A stretch of DNA of 40,160 nt, taken from IMG/VR virus record IMGVR_UViG_3300048893_000028, positions 1 through 40,160 of that record; one strand, 5' to 3'. The notes below the pieces were generated by a model, which saw only the letters and a list, made by a program, of their open reading frames with translations, did no database searches and was not told where the DNA came from. Each line of letters begins with the position of its first letter. Within the stretch, counting starts at the first letter, position 1. This document shows, piece by piece, positions 36,789 to 40,160 of the stretch. Origin of the DNA: a virus. Its lineage: Duplodnaviria > Caudoviricetes. The position numbers and the translations under genes were made by a program.

Positions 36789-36797
36789 ATTGTAGCA
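36789..36797 (-). promoter_or_regulatory. Extended -10 promoter TGCTACAAT (leftward)
   Basis: + strand attgtagca; near-leaderless to GTG 36779. Confidence 0.6.
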
Positions 36798-36839
36798 CCT
36801 ATTTCTCCCGCGCATACATCTCGTCTTTCCTATCTAAAC

Positions 36840-36848
36840 ATTCTATCA
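36840..36848 (-). promoter_or_regulatory. Second leftward extended -10, TGATAGAAT
   Basis: + strand attctatca in an AT-rich intergenic region. Confidence 0.45.
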
Positions 36849-36855
36849 ATTAAAG

Positions 36856-36886
36856 ACTTGACAGCCTGTCAAGTTGCCTGCATACT
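36856..36886 (+). promoter_or_regulatory. Sigma70-type promoter TTGACA-17-CATACT with a palindromic operator over the -35
   Basis: TTGACA 36858-36863; CATACT 36881-36886; ACTTGACAG-C-CTGTCAAGT 36856-36874. Confidence 0.8.
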
Positions 36887-36892
36887 CTCTGC

Positions 36893-37087
36893 ATGGCACA
36901 CGAAGTTAACCCCCTCGACGAACTGCAAGCCTACTGCAACGACTTCAAGAGTCTGAACGAGGCCGCGGCGTCGATTGGGGTCACGAAGCAGTATCTGAGC
37001 GACGTGCTTCGGAACAAGCGCGACTTGTCAGATCGACTGCTGAAGCATCTGCGGTTACGACGGATTGTTGTGAAGGAGACGAAATGA
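36893..37087 (+). CDS. Cro/XRE-like helix-turn-helix regulator
   Basis: SLNEAAASIGVTKQYLSDVLRNKR HTH; 64 aa. Confidence 0.85.
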   Translation: MAHEVNPLDELQAYCNDFKSLNEAAASIGVTKQYLSDVLRNKRDLSDRLLKHLRLRRIVVKETK

Positions 37088-37320
37088 CTGCATTGTTCAC
37101 AAACGTCGGCGTGATTCCCATCATCGTGATCGCGGCGGTGAGTCTTGGCGTGCTCTGGATTGCCGGCCGCACGATTCGCGCGGGCGCCCCGCACGACGAG
37201 CCAGAGACGGAAGCGGACTGGCTCGAGGTGGAAGGCTACGAGACGCCCGTTGACCCCGACATGAAGCGGAAGCTGGACGCCGCCGCGAAATGGACCTCGA
37301 CCCACGGGAGGATGCGATGA
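37084..37320 (+). CDS. Small membrane protein
   Basis: N-terminal TM; AAGGAG RBS. Confidence 0.65.
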   Translation: MTALFTNVGVIPIIVIAAVSLGVLWIAGRTIRAGAPHDEPETEADWLEVEGYETPVDPDMKRKLDAAAKWTSTHGRMR

Positions 37321-37607
37321 CTGATTATTTTGCGATTGCGGTCGATGCGGCACGTCGGGCCAACGCGGAGATTCAGACGTCCTCGACGCCGCCGAACCCG
37401 CTCGGGATGCCGCTCTGTCACAAGTGCGGCCAGTTGCCGGCGCAGCGGGATGAACTCTATAGCCTCTGCGCGATGTGCGAGCTGTGCGAAGAGACGCGGG
37501 ACGAACGGTGCGCGGTCTGCGAGATCGAACCTGTGAAAGACGGCTATCTGCCGACGTGCGGGTCGATGGCCTGCCGGGAACAATACGAACAGGAATGGAG
37601 AAGCTGA
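37317..37607 (+). CDS. Cys-rich Zn-binding hypothetical protein
   Basis: Several CxxC motifs; GGAGG RBS. Confidence 0.65.
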   Translation: MTDYFAIAVDAARRANAEIQTSSTPPNPLGMPLCHKCGQLPAQRDELYSLCAMCELCEETRDERCAVCEIEPVKDGYLPTCGSMACREQYEQEWRS

Positions 37608-37999
37608 TGCCGAAAACAAGCGAGATGCGTGAAAGCAAGTTTCTGAAACAGAGCGATGTGGGCCGCGGCGCCCTCGCCACGATTGAGAGTTGTATTCAGA
37701 TGAACGTGGCCCAGGAAGGGGCCGATCCGTCGATGAAGTGGTGTCTGACGTTCTCCGACATCGACAAGCCGCTGGTGCTCAACTCGACGAACATTCAGCT
37801 CTGTCAGAAGATTCTCGGATCGGATGACACCGACGAATGGATCGGCAAGCGCATCGTGCTCTATACCGATCCGAACGTGTCGTATCAGGGCAAGCTTGTC
37901 GGCGGGATTCGTGTGCGTGCGCCGAAAGCCACGGCGCCGCCACCGAAACCGCTCGCCACGCATAGTGAAATGTTGGCCGACGACGACATCCCATTCTAA
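37607..37999 (+). CDS. Putative ssDNA-binding protein
   Basis: SKFLK...LVLN.TN...W.GK.I.LY...GGIRVR core with SSB-like DDDIPF tail. Confidence 0.7.
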   Translation: MPKTSEMRESKFLKQSDVGRGALATIESCIQMNVAQEGADPSMKWCLTFSDIDKPLVLNSTNIQLCQKILGSDDTDEWIGKRIVLYTDPNVSYQGKLVGGIRVRAPKATAPPPKPLATHSEMLADDDIPF

Positions 38000-38421
38000 T
38001 GGCCGCGATCTCGGCTGAGTTCACCGTCCTCGCTGAAGCCCGTTCCGGGACGTTCAGCTTTGATCAGCGCGTGTTCAAGACGCTCACGCGGTCATTGAAG
38101 GATGGGCATTACGAGGTGTCCGTGCAACGGCTTCAGGCAAACCGGAGCTTGCAACACAATCGCTACTATTGGGGCGTCGTCATCGCGGCTCTTGCGGACC
38201 ATACGGGCTATACGCCGAACGAATTGCACGAGCTGATGAAGATGAAATTCCTGCCGAAGTCGCTCGCGCTGCTCGATGGGAATGGCGATGTGAAGGGCGA
38301 ATACGTGATGGGCGGGAGCACGCGCAAGTTGAAGGTGAGCGAGTTTTACCAGTTCGTGAACGAGGTGCGACGGTTTGCGGCTGAAGAACTCGGTGTGGAA
38401 ACAATGGACCCGACCCCATGA
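37999..38421 (+). CDS. NinB-like recombination accessory protein
   Basis: RSLQHNRYYWG...LHE.MK...STRKL...EF..F motif. Confidence 0.75.
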   Translation: MAAISAEFTVLAEARSGTFSFDQRVFKTLTRSLKDGHYEVSVQRLQANRSLQHNRYYWGVVIAALADHTGYTPNELHELMKMKFLPKSLALLDGNGDVKGEYVMGGSTRKLKVSEFYQFVNEVRRFAAEELGVETMDPTP

Positions 38422-38660
38422 TCATTCAAGCCACCATCCGCGCTGTTTGGCCGAAGTCCGCGCAGGGCGTGTTCTCGGTCATCGTGCAAGAGGTCGGAAA
38501 GTTCGACCGCCGCGCATTGTGGACACGGGACGAATGGCTCGCCTCGCTGGCGGATCGCTACGATGTGCCGACCGGGCGGCCGGTGGTGCCGGTGAACTAC
38601 GATCCCGCGACCCGGGAGATCTTGGGCGTGGCGATGCCGACGACGGGAGAAGTGGCGTGA
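38418..38660 (+). CDS. Hypothetical protein
   Basis: ATGA and GTGA coupling on both sides. Confidence 0.6.
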   Translation: MIIQATIRAVWPKSAQGVFSVIVQEVGKFDRRALWTRDEWLASLADRYDVPTGRPVVPVNYDPATREILGVAMPTTGEVA

Positions 38661-39055
38661 TTCATCCGCAACCGAAGCCCGTGCCGCGTAAGAAGATCAA
38701 GGCGCCGTTGAAGCGGATTCAACGCAAGCGGATTGCTCAGGTGCGCGCGCACGTCTTCGCTCGGGAAAAGGGCATCTGTCGGTGCTGCGGTGTCATGGCT
38801 GCTGAAACGATGCATGAAATCGTCTTTCGCAGTCAGGGCGGGGGCGTGTCGAAAGAGAACTCGATTGCCGTCTGCGGGGATGGGGTGCGCGGCTGCCACG
38901 GAAAGCTGCAACGGCACGAAATCACCGTGCGTTTTCACTCCAAACGCCTCGGGGCCGAAAGCATGCTGGCCTTTAAGGGCTTGTTCTCTGATGGGACGGA
39001 GCGCGGATCGGAACCAGGCAGCGGGCGTATTCTGATGCGCTGGAGTGGCAAATGA
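38657..39055 (+). CDS. HNH endonuclease
   Basis: CRCC...HEIVFRSQGG...N...C....CH. Confidence 0.8.
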   Translation: MIHPQPKPVPRKKIKAPLKRIQRKRIAQVRAHVFAREKGICRCCGVMAAETMHEIVFRSQGGGVSKENSIAVCGDGVRGCHGKLQRHEITVRFHSKRLGAESMLAFKGLFSDGTERGSEPGSGRILMRWSGK

Positions 39056-39228
39056 TGCAATTACTGTTAATCCTGACGGGCTTCATCGGTGGCTGGTTCC
39101 TGATGCGCGAGGTGCGGCGTCGGCCGGTCGTGCAGATGGAAGGGATGTCGGAAGCGTGGCTGGATGATCACTACCGACAGGCCCGCTGGGATGCCCGCGA
39201 GCGGCACTATCTCGAGGAGTTGCGCTGA
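39052..39228 (+). CDS. Small membrane protein (58 aa)
   Basis: LLLILTGFIGGWFL; coupled to both neighbours. Confidence 0.55.
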   Translation: MMQLLLILTGFIGGWFLMREVRRRPVVQMEGMSEAWLDDHYRQARWDARERHYLEELR

Positions 39229-39476
39229 TGGATTGGGTTCAGATCCAGACGTTTGCAAAAGTCTCGGCCGATGGGCAGGGCTCTGAGTTGGACGCGGTCC
39301 GCACGCCTGCCGTCTTTTACCGATTGCGCGTGATTGGCGATCCCGATTCAGTGGGCAACTTCATGCCTGGTTATGTGCTCTACACGGCAACGGGCGATGA
39401 GATGCACCAGTTTATCGTGGCCTATGCGGAACATGTGGCGCAGGGTGCGCTTCGTTTGAACAGGATGCCCTCGTGA
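39228..39476 (+). CDS. Hypothetical protein
   Basis: GAGGAG RBS; TGATG overlap. Confidence 0.6.
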   Translation: MDWVQIQTFAKVSADGQGSELDAVRTPAVFYRLRVIGDPDSVGNFMPGYVLYTATGDEMHQFIVAYAEHVAQGALRLNRMPS

Positions 39477-39748
39477 CGCAGCCGGCGCTCGACTTCACCG
39501 CCCCGGTGACGACGAAGACGTTTACCGCGCGCGTGGCAGCTTACTTCAAGGCGCATCCTGGCGAGTGGATTCCGGCGATCGTCTTTGAATCCGTGGGCGG
39601 CCGTCAGGCATGGAGGACCCGGATCAGCGACTGCCGCGCCGAGTTCGGCATGCAGATCGAGAATCGCGTGCGCCGTGGCACGCATGCGAACGGGGAGCGA
39701 TGGGCGCGAAGCGAATATCGTTACGTGCCCTTGACAACTAGGATATGA
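39473..39748 (+). CDS. Winged-HTH-like protein
   Basis: F..HPGEWI...AWRTRISD.R...GM.IEN...S.YRY. Confidence 0.65.
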   Translation: MTQPALDFTAPVTTKTFTARVAAYFKAHPGEWIPAIVFESVGGRQAWRTRISDCRAEFGMQIENRVRRGTHANGERWARSEYRYVPLTTRI

Positions 39749-39758
39749 TGCTGAAACG

Positions 39759-39837
39759 AAAAACGGCCCGCCCTGATGAGGCGAGCCGTGAACGCCGACG
39801 CTGCTGGAACAGCATGGGCATCCGGGTTTCAACCCGG
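39759..39837 (-). ncRNA. Putative ~80-nt three-hairpin antisense sRNA ending in an intrinsic terminator
   Basis: -10 TAGAAT at 39842-39847 (minus); three hairpins; U-tract at 39759-39763. Confidence 0.45.
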
Positions 39838-39996
39838 CTCCATTCTACCCCACCCCGCCGACATTCGTTTTCTCATCCATTGAATCGCGCTGGTGTTGCA
39901 GCGATTGGTTCCAGCTTCGTGCCCGAAAGCTGGCAGGCCCATCTCAGCCTGCGCGAAAGGAGAGCGTGTAACACCAAGAGGGGAGCGAGGATTCAA

Positions 39997-40111
39997 CTCC
40001 GGGACTTTTTCCTCCCCGACCTGATCTCGTCGTGTAGAGACCTTGGTTCATTGGCCCGCGTCCCTCTTTTCAACGAACCGAAGAGAGAGATCAGGGAAAA
40101 AAGTCCCGGAG
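39997..40111. repeat. Long nested inverted repeat (about 115 nt)
   Basis: ctccgggacttttt/aaaaagtcccggag (14 bp perfect), cctgatctc/gagatcagg (9 bp), inner ggttc/gaacc. Confidence 0.8.
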
Positions 40112-40160
40112 CGGGCGGAAGAACCTTAGTGTGTGAGGCTCAAGTATGAAGCGCGGCGGT

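Larger units (their letters stand above)
1..40160 (+). mobile_element. Tailed dsDNA phage or prophage, P22-like head/tail module (partial genome)
   Basis: terS-terL-portal-scaffold-coat-gp4/gp10-like-ejection-tail fibre synteny; dense overlapping + strand ORFs; no host housekeeping genes. Confidence 0.95.

Noticed and set aside
39731-39749. TTGACA followed by TATGAT
   Set aside because: Spacing is only 7 bp; no -10 at 16-18 bp.
39745-40149. 134-aa ORF
   Set aside because: No RBS or motif, and it overlaps several hairpins; more likely non-coding, though not excluded.
1-40160. Stop-codon reassignment
   Set aside because: TAA, TAG and TGA all end well-supported genes, and coding density is high under the standard code.

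Overview
The window is most of a GC-rich tailed-phage genome with P22-like (podovirus-type) organisation, and nearly all genes are on the + strand. Order: small accessory genes (DUF551-like, DnaJ-type Zn finger); terS, terL and portal; a two-gene insert (ART-like gene and adhesin-like gene); scaffold and coat; about 11 kb of decoration, beta-helix and Ig-like genes; gp4-, gp10- and gp14-like tail genes; ejection proteins; tail fibre; a membrane/lipoprotein cluster with no recognisable endolysin; then a control region with a Cro-like HTH followed by early genes (SSB-like, NinB-like, HNH, wHTH). I saw no integrase, CI repressor, replication genes, tRNA or CRISPR. The most notable signals are: (1) two C CCT TTT -1 slippery sites at domain boundaries, one opening a start-less downstream frame and one hitting an immediate stop; (2) a 75-aa module present three times, possibly half of a split domain; (3) a palindromic -35 with a leaderless HTH gene; (4) several structured non-coding elements; (5) signal-peptide proteins among the virion genes. 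An Acidobacteriota (Vicinamibacterales-like) host is inferred from recalled motifs only. All product calls come from motifs and synteny, not database searches.
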